From positions 1-64,000 of IMG/VR virus record IMGVR_UViG_3300047548_001271: a DNA stretch of 64,000 nt, one strand, 5' to 3'. Below the pieces are notes generated by a model. The model had not been told where the DNA came from, searched no databases, and saw only the letters and a list, made by a program, of their open reading frames with translations. The translations under genes were made by a program, and so were the position numbers. The stretch's first letter is position 1; each line of letters opens with the position of its first letter. This document shows, in pieces, positions 16,001 through 25,642 of this stretch. Origin of the DNA: a virus.

Positions 16001-18412
16001 TCAATACATAAAGTTATGACAACTAATGGATGGAAGCTCGCAAAAGACTTAACAAAAGAAGATAATCTTGTATTAGACATTAATGATTATTTCCCTTCAG
16101 AATTTATAAAAACTGATAACACAGTATTAGATGATAATATAGGTTGGTTAATTGGTATTTTGCTTTCTGAAGGAACTGTGACTAATCGCAACTACATATC
16201 AGTAAAAAATACTGACATACGATTGATAGATAAAATTAAAAACGAGTTTCCAAGCTTTGAATGGAAAGAATCTTCTAAAGAAGCATATAAAGATAAAAGA
16301 GGCTTTGATTGCAAAAAATCTTGGGAGATTAAATATTCAGATACAAAGTTTAGAGAAGATTTGTATAAATTTGGTCTTAAATATACAACAGCTTGTGACA
16401 AAACGATTCCTGATAAAATTTTACAGTCTCCAAAATCTGTTGTAATTAAATTTTTAAGCGGTTTATACGAGGGTGATGGAACAGCTTTTAATTATATTGA
16501 TAATGGTAAAACTAGGGTTGGTGTTTCTTACTATAGTTCATCTAAGAGATTAATTGAAGTATTACAAATATTACTATTAAAATTTGGAATAATAAGTTCA
16601 ATAACAATAAGAAATAAAAATAAATTATCGAATAAAGTTAATTATATGCTGTCTTGTCGCGGCGAAAACGCATATAAAATATATAAATTGCTAGATGTTA
16701 TTAAATGGAAAGATAAGTTTAATAATATAGATTTCTTAGTTAAGAAACCACAAATAAGAAAAAATGGAAAAAGATATATATTATCCACAACAATAGGAAA
16801 TAAAAACAAACATATAGGAACATATGATTCAGAACAAGAATGCGTAAAAGCTTTTGAGGAATTTAAAAAATGTTCTAGGCCAGTTATTAGAGTAAGATCT
16901 GTTACTAAATTAGATGAGCAAGAGCATCTGTATGACTTTCATATGCCAGAAACTCATTCTTTTATTGCAAATGGTTTTGTCCAGCATAATTCCATGTCAA
17001 AAGATATTTTTGAAAATGTTATTGCTGGCTTTGCTGCTGTTTCTGCTTCTCCAGCAGAAAATGTTAGACGAGTTGCGATGGAAAAAAAAGCTAAATTACT
17101 TGGTGTTGAGGCTATTAAGCAGTCCAATAATGAGATGTCATCAAAAGGAAATCAAATTATAATATCTGGAACAGCTTATTACGATTTTAATCACTTTGCT
17201 GATTATTGGAAAAAATGGAAGGCGATCCTCAATACAAAAGGCGATCCACATAAAATAAGAACAGAATTATTTAATGGTGAAGAACCGCCAGGCTCTTTTA
17301 ACTGGAAAGATTATTCCATCATAAGAATCCCTGTTGATCTTGTTCCAGAAGGATTTATGGATGATGGGCAAATAGCTAGATCGAAAGCTACGGTCCATAA
17401 TGGTATTTATTTAATGGAATTCGGAGCGGTCTTTACAAAAGACAGTCAAGGGTTTTTCAAAAGAAGTTTAATAGAATCTTGCGTTGGATCAGAAATAAAT
17501 CCAATAAAATTAAGTTCTGGGGAAGTGTTTTTTGATCCGCAGATTAAAGGTGTTTCAAACCGCAAATATATTATGGGTGTTGACCCAGCTTCTGAAGTTG
17601 ACAATTTTAGTATTATTATTATTGAATTATTAGCAGATCATCGACGTATTGTTTATTGTTGGACTACAACAAGAAAAGAACATATAGAAAGAGTTAAAAA
17701 AGGTTTAGTGTCTGAAAATAACTTTTATTCATATTGTGCTAGAAAAATTAGAGACTTAATGAATCTATTTCCAATATGCCACATTGCTATAGACTCTCAA
17801 GGTGGCGGCGTTTCAGTAAGCGAAGCGTTGCACGATATTAATCAACTAAAAGCAGGAGAAGTTCCAATTTGGCCAATCATCGAAGAAGATAATGAGAAAC
17901 CTTCAGATGATGAACAAGGATTGCACATATTAGAAATGTGTAACTTTGCAAAATATGACTGGTACTGCGAAGCAAACCACGGAATGAGAAAAGATTTTGA
18001 GGATAAAGCTTTATTATTCCCACGATTTGACCCTGTTACAATTGGACTCTCAATAGAGGAAGACAAAATAAATAATAGACTATACGACACATTAGAAGAT
18101 TGTGTTATGGAAATTGAAGAGCTTAAAAATGAATTATCTCTTATTGAGATGACAAAGACTCAAAATGGAAGAGATAGATGGGACACCCCAGAAGTTAAGA
18201 TTGGCGTCGGAAAAAAGAAGCGACTTAGAAAAGACAGGTATTCTTCGCTTTTAATGGCTAATATGGCGGCGAGAATTATTGCTAATACTAAAGCTCAAGA
18301 TCCATATGTTAGCTACGGAGGATTTGCAGCTTCTTCAGGAAAAAACGCGGATAAAAAATCAGAATATATTGGTCCAGCATGGTTTACTGAAGCGATGCGT
18401 AATGTTTATTAA
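12986..18412 (+). CDS. terL: Terminase large subunit with three inteins (~666 aa after splicing)
   Basis: Walker A GSRGLGK/T, IRGQRA..IVADE Walker B, ISGTA motif III, MGVDPA nuclease motif, KDRYS; precedes the portal. Confidence 0.9.
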   Translation: MSEKLTKEIISELNDAWLNINIKNSEIINPFELLRTDEPDDFHMKLAWLFMNPDYFCFICKHVLNIELLPMQALILKEMWNRKFPMLVGSRGLGKAIRPDEKIRIKNGWTTIKDLKIGDQVYSSNGKLCNVIYKTELQKNLKMYKITLRDGRTIDCCEDHMWKVWDKNKNKNREKLIWSELKTKDMIDSYSITRIGKNNNGFECRYALPVNLPIVEDDEKFFELHPYVVGVLLGDGCLGHRQISLSSMDQEVIDRFTSLLPHGYILKSGNNKDYRIVRSDKSVPPFYEVCKKAGIYGYNSHTKFIPDQYKYSGVNNLTELIFGLMDTDGYSSKEGIIEYYTVSERLKNDFVDIVRSLGIQCRETIKESWIGDTRYSDCYRVSLYTDKPVFSLTRKLVYLNHTKSKAGRSKYEKVFITKIERIENGDGYCIQVDSPDHTYVTKDYIVTHNTFILSVYCLLRALLMPNRKIVVVGSAFRQSKYLHDYMEAIWKNSPILRDICDENSGPRKDVDMCRMTLNRSNIVALPIGDGCVNPYTLMTYDKSFGCMLDKHAKVWGNGKYRDIDYYLNNGVKPTKIITTRCGYSYEGTHNHAMKVLRNNEIQWVRSDQMINGDRILIDRSDRWHNGDFECTEDEAYALGAIIGDGCWTNKYQLRFATKDQEIINKINKAFKNTFYKQKDCIHWNMNGVESVTKWLTFWKLKENCCTKNKSLPETILSASRSKMTACLQGLFDTDGHVFVSTSKGGTTISVNFTNTSKRLVEQIQYILLHYGIVSTVKNRDRNPKWNTVYELGIYGKNVKLFAEKIGFYLPRKQDLLLKAVSQKKKWNSFNDDIPISGDIVEASIDRNRIIPYRLCKSKILSKKSFQQQFLQNLLPYCNDPAWQNLVNEDIYYDEIISIEDSECHTYDIHVPEGNEYCANGFFSHNSKIRGQRANDIVADEFACLRSSSIIQTDAGLIEIKDYLNGNAYNLLNINSSFETPDKIFKTPLVDVYQVETANGYSFACSSIHKVMTTNGWKLAKDLTKEDNLVLDINDYFPSEFIKTDNTVLDDNIGWLIGILLSEGTVTNRNYISVKNTDIRLIDKIKNEFPSFEWKESSKEAYKDKRGFDCKKSWEIKYSDTKFREDLYKFGLKYTTACDKTIPDKILQSPKSVVIKFLSGLYEGDGTAFNYIDNGKTRVGVSYYSSSKRLIEVLQILLLKFGIISSITIRNKNKLSNKVNYMLSCRGENAYKIYKLLDVIKWKDKFNNIDFLVKKPQIRKNGKRYILSTTIGNKNKHIGTYDSEQECVKAFEEFKKCSRPVIRVRSVTKLDEQEHLYDFHMPETHSFIANGFVQHNSMSKDIFENVIAGFAAVSASPAENVRRVAMEKKAKLLGVEAIKQSNNEMSSKGNQIIISGTAYYDFNHFADYWKKWKAILNTKGDPHKIRTELFNGEEPPGSFNWKDYSIIRIPVDLVPEGFMDDGQIARSKATVHNGIYLMEFGAVFTKDSQGFFKRSLIESCVGSEINPIKLSSGEVFFDPQIKGVSNRKYIMGVDPASEVDNFSIIIIELLADHRRIVYCWTTTRKEHIERVKKGLVSENNFYSYCARKIRDLMNLFPICHIAIDSQGGGVSVSEALHDINQLKAGEVPIWPIIEEDNEKPSDDEQGLHILEMCNFAKYDWYCEANHGMRKDFEDKALLFPRFDPVTIGLSIEEDKINNRLYDTLEDCVMEIEELKNELSLIEMTKTQNGRDRWDTPEVKIGVGKKKRLRKDRYSSLLMANMAARIIANTKAQDPYVSYGGFAASSGKNADKKSEYIGPAWFTEAMRNVY
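13271..14332 (+). mobile_element. Intein 1 (354 aa), Ala-initiated class 3, with LAGLIDADG endonuclease
   Basis: Starts at Ala after GK, ends VTHN/T; Trp in block B (DHMW), Cys in block F (YCIQV), Thr in block G; LLGDG and LMDTDG. Confidence 0.9.
14576..15760 (+). mobile_element. Intein 2 (395 aa), LAGLIDADG
   Basis: G/CVNP...THNH...IIGDG...LFDTDG...YDIHV...SHN/S. Confidence 0.9.
15812..16990 (+). mobile_element. Intein 3 (393 aa), LAGLIDADG plus AP2-like segment
   Basis: A/CLRS...LLSEG...LYEGDG...YDF...QHN/S. Confidence 0.9.
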
Positions 18413-18467
18413 CTGGAGTATAATTTATTGAAATACAATTCAATAACATTCCAATTAAAGGTTAGAA

Positions 18468-20540
18468 ATGAACGAATCGCCATATATTTTTTTTGAGTCC
18501 GCAGATAGAGCAGTGGCACAAACCGCTGGAAACATAGAGAGTTATGACGGAGTTCTATCAGCTAATGCTAGTAGAAGATCTTACATTGATATTGAACCAA
18601 ATATCTCTGTTAGGACGGAATTTCTCAAAGACGACTATTACAGATTTAGAAGAAATGAAGAGTCTGGCGGAGATATTCAGCGAATAATAAAAATGTGTTC
18701 TAGTGCTTATGATAAGGTCGGCATCATAAAAAATATTATTGATTTAATGGGTAATTTTGCTTCTCAAGGTATTAGCATCCACCACACAAACAAAAGTATT
18801 GAAGCGTTTTATCGTAAATGGTGGGAGAAGGTTGATGGGGCTGAACGGTCTGAGAGATTCTTAAATATGTTCTATCGACTTGGAAATGTGATTGTTTATG
18901 TCAGAAACGGCAAGATAACAAAAAAAATTGAACGATCAATGTCTAAAGCATCAGAGATTGAGATCAAACAACCAGAAGTAATAAGAAAAGAACTCCCATT
19001 CAAATATGATTTCTTAAATCCACTTAGTTTGATAGCTAAAGGAAATTATAAAGGATCTTTTAGTGGAATACCAAACTACAGAATGAAGATATCGCTAGAG
19101 CTAAAAAACGCTTATAGTAAAAAGGAAGACGCCTCACTCTTAGAAAATCTCCCGGAACAGTTAAGAAAAGCAGTTATATCTGGAAAAGATTATATTGATT
19201 TAGAACCAGAGAAAATAAAAGCCTTCTTCTATAAGAAAGATGATTGGCAAGTTTGGGCTAAGCCAATGATTCACGCCATCCTTGACGACATTATAATGCT
19301 TGAGAAAATGAAGCTAGCTGATATGAGTGCTCTTGACGGAGCTATATCAAACATTCGTTTATGGAGACTTGGAGATCTTGAGCATAAAATTTTGCCAACC
19401 AAATCATCTATTGATAGATTGAGAAATATTTTAGCTAGCAATGTTGGCGGGGGAACAATGGATCTTGTATGGGGTCCGGAAATTGATTTCAAGGAAAGCA
19501 CCACCCAAATATATAAATTCTTGGGGAATGAAAAATATCAACCAGTATTAAGTAGTATTTATGGCGGACTTGGCATTCCAGCGACACTTACCGGTGCAAT
19601 TGGTCAGAGCGGAGGTTTTACAAACAACTTTATTTCGCTTAAAACCTTAATAGAACAATTAGAATATGGAAGAGACACCCTTAAAAAGTTTTGGAATGAA
19701 CAAATAGAACTTGTTCAAAGGGTTATGGGATTTCCAGAGCCAGCGACTCTTCATTTTGAAAATATGATATTGTCTGACGAGACTTCTGAGAAGAATCTTC
19801 TTATTAGCTTAGTTGACAGAGATATTATCAGTTATGAAACCGTTAGAGAAAGACTTGGAGAAAATAATAAATTGGAATCTTCAAGAATTAAATCAGAGTA
19901 CAAACAAAGAGATAAGGGTAATTATCCACCTAAAGCAGACCCATTCCATAATGGTAATACAGAATCTGAATACACAAAAATCGCTTTACAAAAGGGCCAG
20001 TTAAGCATTAAAGACGTAACAGATATTGAACCAAGCAATCCTGGAATATTGCAGCAACCCGGACAGACGAATGAGAAAAAACCAGCTAACCCGAATGGAA
20101 GACCAGAATTCTCTAAAGATGCAACTAAAAGAAAGCAGAAGGTTGTAAATCCAAGATCAAAAGCGTTTGCTTTAAATTTAGTTTATGCGACTGAGTCTTT
20201 GAAAAAGATCGCCGATGTACTTCATCCAGCACTGTTGGCATACTACAAAAAGAAGAACTTAAGAGAATTATCAAAGGCTGAATTTGATGAATTGGAATCT
20301 ATTAAATTTAGAGCTTTGTCTAATTTGGAACCAAATACGGAAATAAGCCCAGAATACATTTCCTCTTTACTGCTTCAAAAACCAAACAAATCTGTATTAG
20401 CGTTATACAAAGAGTATTATTCTGACTTCTTAAAGGATTCATCGTCTCCTCCATCGATTGATGAATCTCGTAATATGCAATGTATAGCGTATGCTGTTTG
20501 TTTTTCTTCAGATTTTATAAATTCTGTGGATTTCATTTAG
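18468..20540 (+). CDS. Portal protein
   Basis: 690 aa directly after TerL and before the head genes; helical portal-like composition (synteny-based). Confidence 0.75.
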   Translation: MNESPYIFFESADRAVAQTAGNIESYDGVLSANASRRSYIDIEPNISVRTEFLKDDYYRFRRNEESGGDIQRIIKMCSSAYDKVGIIKNIIDLMGNFASQGISIHHTNKSIEAFYRKWWEKVDGAERSERFLNMFYRLGNVIVYVRNGKITKKIERSMSKASEIEIKQPEVIRKELPFKYDFLNPLSLIAKGNYKGSFSGIPNYRMKISLELKNAYSKKEDASLLENLPEQLRKAVISGKDYIDLEPEKIKAFFYKKDDWQVWAKPMIHAILDDIIMLEKMKLADMSALDGAISNIRLWRLGDLEHKILPTKSSIDRLRNILASNVGGGTMDLVWGPEIDFKESTTQIYKFLGNEKYQPVLSSIYGGLGIPATLTGAIGQSGGFTNNFISLKTLIEQLEYGRDTLKKFWNEQIELVQRVMGFPEPATLHFENMILSDETSEKNLLISLVDRDIISYETVRERLGENNKLESSRIKSEYKQRDKGNYPPKADPFHNGNTESEYTKIALQKGQLSIKDVTDIEPSNPGILQQPGQTNEKKPANPNGRPEFSKDATKRKQKVVNPRSKAFALNLVYATESLKKIADVLHPALLAYYKKKNLRELSKAEFDELESIKFRALSNLEPNTEISPEYISSLLLQKPNKSVLALYKEYYSDFLKDSSSPPSIDESRNMQCIAYAVCFSSDFINSVDFI

Positions 20541-20706
20541 TTCTTGTTTAATAAAACTTGGATTAATAACTGGTATTCCATTATGTCTCGGGTTTAAACT
20601 ATAAAATTCTACTCGCTCTGCATAATATTTTGTAAATAAAGAAATACATATTTCATGCTTAGTATAATGATATAGATTAGTTAATTTATTGTTTATCATA
20701 TATTTC

Positions 20707-21018
20707 TTAGTAGAAATTTAAATTATTAATATTGTTCAAGCAACAACCTTCATTTTGTAATTGCTTTGTAATAAGACTACTAATCTCAATCGCAGATCCT
20801 AAATTCCATATGAGAGAAAGTGTTCCCCTGATTGGCGATTTTAATATTATTGATTCTAATTTTATATTTCTAGTCTTTTCATTTATGTCCGATTCCATTA
20901 TGAACTGATATTCTTCCTCACCTATTTCTATAGAATCACGTTTAAACATAATTCCATGATTATATATTTTCTCTTGTATAATTCTATTTAATCGTCGCAT
21001 CGTTAAATTTTTAAGCAT
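20707..21018 (-). CDS. Antisense AT-rich hypothetical protein
   Basis: 103 aa filling the portal-protease gap; a 63-aa ORF (20508-20699) follows on the same strand. Confidence 0.4.
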   Translation of the reverse strand: MLKNLTMRRLNRIIQEKIYNHGIMFKRDSIEIGEEEYQFIMESDINEKTRNIKLESIILKSPIRGTLSLIWNLGSAIEISSLITKQLQNEGCCLNNINNLNFY

Positions 21019-21075
21019 TTCTATTCTTTTGATATAATGGTTTTTTTTGGTGTATCTAATTTTATGAGGTAAAAA

Positions 21076-22452
21076 ATGAATATATTCGAAAGAGAAATTT
21101 TTGACGGATTAGCAGAAAATATTACTTCTCAAAATACTATCGCGATTTGTTGCGATATTATTCCATCAAAAGATTCAAGAGCAAATTTATTTAACGAGAA
21201 TCAACAAATTGCTATTGCTTGCCTTGGCGGGCAGTATCAGCAATCTGATTTATATTACCTTAACTCGGTACTTGTGTCAACTGGCTGGAATAAAAATGAT
21301 GATGTTTTCACAAAAGAAAATTTGTGGAACGCTAGAAGTACGCCAGTAAACAAACCGTTTAATTTCATGCACGACGAGAATGATATCATTGGTCATATTA
21401 CTGGCTCAATGGTATTAGATCAAGAGGGGAATTTAATCCCTGATTCTTCTGAGTCAGTACCAGATTATTTTGATATCTTAACAAGTGCAGTTATATACAA
21501 AAGCTGGGCTGATAAAGATCAAAAGGATCGAGTATTAAATCTCATAGAAGAGATTGATAACGGTTCTTGGTCTGTGTCTATGGAGTGTATGTTTTCAGAC
21601 TTTGATTATGCCGTCGTTGATAAAAACGGCGGAAGTAGAGTTCTTGCTAGAACTAAAGACTCGGCGTTCTTAACAAAGCACTTACGAGCTTATGGTGGGC
21701 AAGGAGAATATGAAGGCTATAAACTTGGGCGATTGCTTAAAGGTTTTTACTTTTCTGGTAAAGGATTAGTTAATAAACCAGCAAACCCAAGAAGCGTAAT
21801 CTTTTCAAAAGATATTAACCCTTTTAATAAAACAATTTCTAATTTTCAAACAACTGCTATGGAGGTCAACGAAATGACTGAACCGAATCAAGAGCAGATC
21901 AGTGAATTACAGAGAAATCTTGATGAAATCAATGTCAAGCTACAATCTGTGCTTGCTGAGAAGCAAGTGGCTGAACAAACAGTCGCTGATGTTCAATCTG
22001 CTATTGCACAAAAAGATCAAGTAATCGCCTCTCTTGAAGCAAAAGTTAAAGAATTAACCGATTCTGTAACTGCCGCTGAAAAGATGGGTAAAGAAAAAGA
22101 CATGGAAATGGACAAAATGAAAAAAGATATGAAGTCCATGAAGAGAAAAGAAAAGCTTTCCAAAGCTGGTGCTGATGATCAGACCGCCGAAGAGCTGATT
22201 GCAAAATTTATCGATGTTTCCGATGAAGCGTTTGACTCTGTTGTTGCTTTAGTTTCTGTTAAAGCTCCTAAAGAAGTCGCTAAAGAAGAAATCGTTGTAG
22301 AGGCTTCAGAACTTAATAAAGTCGAAGTCTCTGAAGCGTCTGTTCAACAACCATCCGAAGAAGAAGAAGATAAGCCTTCGAAGGCCGTAGCTGCCGCTGT
22401 TGAATGGATTGGTTCCGTTTTAAAAACAACTAAGAAAAATGAGGTGAGATAA
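21076..22452 (+). CDS. Prohead protease/scaffold fusion
   Basis: NKNDD, H...IIGH, SVSMEC, LV.KPA protease-like N-terminal half; coiled-coil acidic C-terminal half. Confidence 0.75.
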   Translation: MNIFEREIFDGLAENITSQNTIAICCDIIPSKDSRANLFNENQQIAIACLGGQYQQSDLYYLNSVLVSTGWNKNDDVFTKENLWNARSTPVNKPFNFMHDENDIIGHITGSMVLDQEGNLIPDSSESVPDYFDILTSAVIYKSWADKDQKDRVLNLIEEIDNGSWSVSMECMFSDFDYAVVDKNGGSRVLARTKDSAFLTKHLRAYGGQGEYEGYKLGRLLKGFYFSGKGLVNKPANPRSVIFSKDINPFNKTISNFQTTAMEVNEMTEPNQEQISELQRNLDEINVKLQSVLAEKQVAEQTVADVQSAIAQKDQVIASLEAKVKELTDSVTAAEKMGKEKDMEMDKMKKDMKSMKRKEKLSKAGADDQTAEELIAKFIDVSDEAFDSVVALVSVKAPKEVAKEEIVVEASELNKVEVSEASVQQPSEEEEDKPSKAVAAAVEWIGSVLKTTKKNEVR

Positions 22453-22904
22453 TGGCTCTTAAAGGTGATCGTCACGAATTTGATACAGACATTTCTTTTT
22501 TCATGAATGAAGCTGCTGAGAAAGGCTTGGTTGTTTCAATTAATACAACTGGCTCTGGAGCTGCGATGGACAATGCTTCTGCTTTAGCAACTGTTAAAGC
22601 AAACGCATCCGGAGCTGTGCCTCTTGGGTTTCTTCTAAATGATATGGTTGATATTGACCTTACTCGTCAGCATGTCAACTGGCAAAAAGACGAGGTTGTG
22701 AAAGGTGGAAAAGTCACCATTCTTCGTAAGGGTTGGATTTTAACCGATAGAATTTCTGGAACGCCAACTGGTGGACAGACTGCATATCTGGCTAACTCTG
22801 GTCTAGTTTCCGCAACTCAAGCCGCTGGAGCACCTGTAGTTGGAACATTCCTTTCAACAAAGGATGCTGACGGGTTTGCTAAAGTTGCTATCAACCTTCC
22901 TTAA
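22452..22904 (+). CDS. Head decoration/cement protein
   Basis: 150 aa, Gly/Ala-rich, between the protease and the capsid gene. Confidence 0.65.
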   Translation: MALKGDRHEFDTDISFFMNEAAEKGLVVSINTTGSGAAMDNASALATVKANASGAVPLGFLLNDMVDIDLTRQHVNWQKDEVVKGGKVTILRKGWILTDRISGTPTGGQTAYLANSGLVSATQAAGAPVVGTFLSTKDADGFAKVAINLP

Positions 22905-22930
22905 TTTTTTAGATAAACAGGAGATATAAT

Positions 22931-23941
22931 ATGTCATTTTTGAAGAGACCTAGTGAAGAATTTATCGCTCTTTTAAAAAGAGCTGGGAGTTCAAATAAAG
23001 CAGAATCTCTTGACGCGCAAGAGCAGATTGCTAAGGCTATTGAATTGCCTTTGCGACAGGGGATTTTAGCTGGTGATATTACTGGAAATATTTTCCAAAG
23101 AATGCCAATGGAGCCTGGAACGACTACCGAGTTTCCACTCGACTTGCTTGCTCCTGGTGAAGAAGTTGATTTTGTTGCATACACAAACCCTGGACATGGT
23201 CGCGTTCCTGAGAGAACAGCAGAAGGCGATTATGTCATGGTTCCAACATATGCCATCACAAACGCTATAGATTATCTATTGAGATTTGCTCGCGAAGCAA
23301 GATGGGATATTGTTGGTCGTTGTGCTCAAATTCTTGAAGCTGGATTTGTCAAGAAAATCAATGACGACGCTTGGCATACTCTATTAGCTGCTGGTGTTGA
23401 CAGGAACGCATTAGTTTATGACGCTGATGCTGCTGCTGGTCAATTCACCAAGAGACTAATTAGCTTGATGAAAATTGTTATGAGAAGAAATGCTGGTGGA
23501 AACTCAGCATCTCTCAAGAAGGGTCAATTAACAGACTTGTATCTTTCTCCTGAAGCGATTGAGGATGTAAGAAACTGGGGTGTTGACCAAATCGATGAAA
23601 CGACTCGAAGAGAAATCTATACGAGTGCTGATGGTTCATCTTCTCTAACTCGAATTTTTGGTGTTAATCTTAATGGATTAACAGAGTTTGGTGAAGGTCA
23701 GGAATATCAGTTATATTTCAGCTCGCAACTTGGCGGAACTCTTGGTCCTAACAGTGATGCCGAACTTGTTCTCGGGGTTGATATGGTTAATAATGACTCC
23801 TTTATTATGCCAATCAAGCAAGAAGTTACGATTTTCACAGATGAGACTCTTCATCGCCAGCAAAGAGCTGGTATGTATGGTTTCGCCGAACTTGGTTTCG
23901 CAGTATTAGATAATCGTAGAGTCCTTGTTGGATCATTCTAA
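22931..23941 (+). CDS. Major capsid protein (HK97-fold likely)
   Basis: 336 aa, AGGAG RBS, synteny, followed by a terminator. Confidence 0.8.
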   Translation: MSFLKRPSEEFIALLKRAGSSNKAESLDAQEQIAKAIELPLRQGILAGDITGNIFQRMPMEPGTTTEFPLDLLAPGEEVDFVAYTNPGHGRVPERTAEGDYVMVPTYAITNAIDYLLRFAREARWDIVGRCAQILEAGFVKKINDDAWHTLLAAGVDRNALVYDADAAAGQFTKRLISLMKIVMRRNAGGNSASLKKGQLTDLYLSPEAIEDVRNWGVDQIDETTRREIYTSADGSSSLTRIFGVNLNGLTEFGEGQEYQLYFSSQLGGTLGPNSDAELVLGVDMVNNDSFIMPIKQEVTIFTDETLHRQQRAGMYGFAELGFAVLDNRRVLVGSF

Positions 23942-23948
23942 AAAATTT

Positions 23949-23983
23949 AGAAACGCGAAGGTGCTTCTTTCGCGTTTCTTTTT
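23949..23983 (+). terminator. Intrinsic terminator
   Basis: AGAAACGCGAA...TTCGCGTTTCT-TTTT. Confidence 0.8.
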
Positions 23984-24023
23984 GGATAAAATAGATTGTA
24001 TGCATTTAAAGATAGGAATTTAT

Positions 24024-25610
24024 ATGATATTGGATAAAAAAACATTTGAAATTTTTAAATATGAACCAAAAGATCTTTCAGAAAAATCAAGCAAACCTAT
24101 TTTTGTACAATGCGATTATTGCGGAATAGAATATGAGTCAACTCCAAAAAGAGTATACATCGCAAATATTTTAATAAAAAAAGATTCTTGTCAAAAGTGC
24201 AAGTATATAAAAATGGCAGAAATGAACAAGATTCGATATGGAGTTGAGAATGTTTTTATGCTAAACTCAACAAAGAAAAAAATAAAAGAAACTTGTGTTA
24301 ATAAATATGGAGTAACCCATCATCTGCAAAATGAAGAAATTTTAAATAAACGGAGAAGGACAAATAAAGAAAAATATGGACATGAAGAAGTTATGCAATC
24401 AGAAGAAATAAAAAATAAATATAGATCTACATGTCTTGATAAATATGGAGTTGAAAATCCATCCTCATTAGAGTCAGTAAAAGCGAAACGGAGATTAACA
24501 AACTTAGATAAATTCGGGAAAGAATCATATTTGCAATCAGACGCTTGTAAAGAAGCCACTATCAGATCTTTAGGAGTTGATAACCCGTTTAAATTAGAGA
24601 TATATCAGCAAAAAGCTAGAGACACAATTAGAGAAAAATATGGTGTTGATCATCACATGATGGTTAAAGAAATATGTGATCAAGCTCACGCAAAATGTAT
24701 TCAAACAAAAATTAATAAAGGACAAATAAAGCAATATGATAACAAAGGTGTAAGAGAATGGTCAGAAATTACCGGTTTTTCAAGATCCACTTTTAATGCG
24801 TTGGTAAATGAATATGGCTGGGAGCAAGCCATAAGAATGACTCCAAGAATGAGTTCTCTTGAATTATCTATGCAGAAAATATTAGATAGTATTGGAGAAG
24901 AGTATAATAAGCAAGTTAAAATAGACAATTACTATGCGGATTTTTTAATTAAAGACGTTATTATTGAATGCGATGGTTTATACTGGCATAGTGAGCATAA
25001 CAAGACGAATGATTATCATTCAGTAAAAAGGGAAGTTTATGATAAATTAGGTTATAAACCATTATTCTTTAGAGAAGATGAAATTCGTAATAAACCAAGC
25101 ATAGTTAAATCTATTATTCAGAATAAATTATTATTATCTAATAAAGTTTTTGCTAGAAAGTGCGACTTAATAAATATAAGCAAATACGTTGGAGATAACT
25201 TTCTTGATAATAATCATTTAATGGGTCGCGGATCAGGAAAATGTTACGCTTTGTATTTTTCCGGCGATATTGTTGCGGCATTAAGAATGAAAAAAATCAA
25301 AGGCGGATGGGAGGTTTCTCGATTTGCAACTAAAAATGGAATAAATGTTGTCGGTGGTTTTAGCAAACTGATATCTAATTTTCAAAAAGAAAATTCCGGT
25401 GCAATAACAACTTTTATAGATATGAGATATGGTAGCGGCTCATATTTATCATCTTTAGGTTTTGTCTACTCGAATTGTTATTTAAGTTTCAAGTGGACTG
25501 ATGGATTTGAAACTTTTCATCGAATGAAATACAGATCAAATACAGGTTATGATTCTGGATTATATAAAATATGGGACTGCGGCCAAGCTAAATATATAAA
25601 GCCCTTTTGA
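24024..25610 (+). CDS. Hef-like homing endonuclease with KYG repeats
   Basis: Zn ribbon; ~7 KYGVxN-type repeats; ADF...IECDGLYWH Vsr-like nuclease; C-terminal ARKC...SRF...GGFSKL...WDCG domain. Confidence 0.7.
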   Translation: MILDKKTFEIFKYEPKDLSEKSSKPIFVQCDYCGIEYESTPKRVYIANILIKKDSCQKCKYIKMAEMNKIRYGVENVFMLNSTKKKIKETCVNKYGVTHHLQNEEILNKRRRTNKEKYGHEEVMQSEEIKNKYRSTCLDKYGVENPSSLESVKAKRRLTNLDKFGKESYLQSDACKEATIRSLGVDNPFKLEIYQQKARDTIREKYGVDHHMMVKEICDQAHAKCIQTKINKGQIKQYDNKGVREWSEITGFSRSTFNALVNEYGWEQAIRMTPRMSSLELSMQKILDSIGEEYNKQVKIDNYYADFLIKDVIIECDGLYWHSEHNKTNDYHSVKREVYDKLGYKPLFFREDEIRNKPSIVKSIIQNKLLLSNKVFARKCDLINISKYVGDNFLDNNHLMGRGSGKCYALYFSGDIVAALRMKKIKGGWEVSRFATKNGINVVGGFSKLISNFQKENSGAITTFIDMRYGSGSYLSSLGFVYSNCYLSFKWTDGFETFHRMKYRSNTGYDSGLYKIWDCGQAKYIKPF

Positions 25611-25642
25611 TGGAGTATATTCTTTTATAAAAGGGGTAAAAT

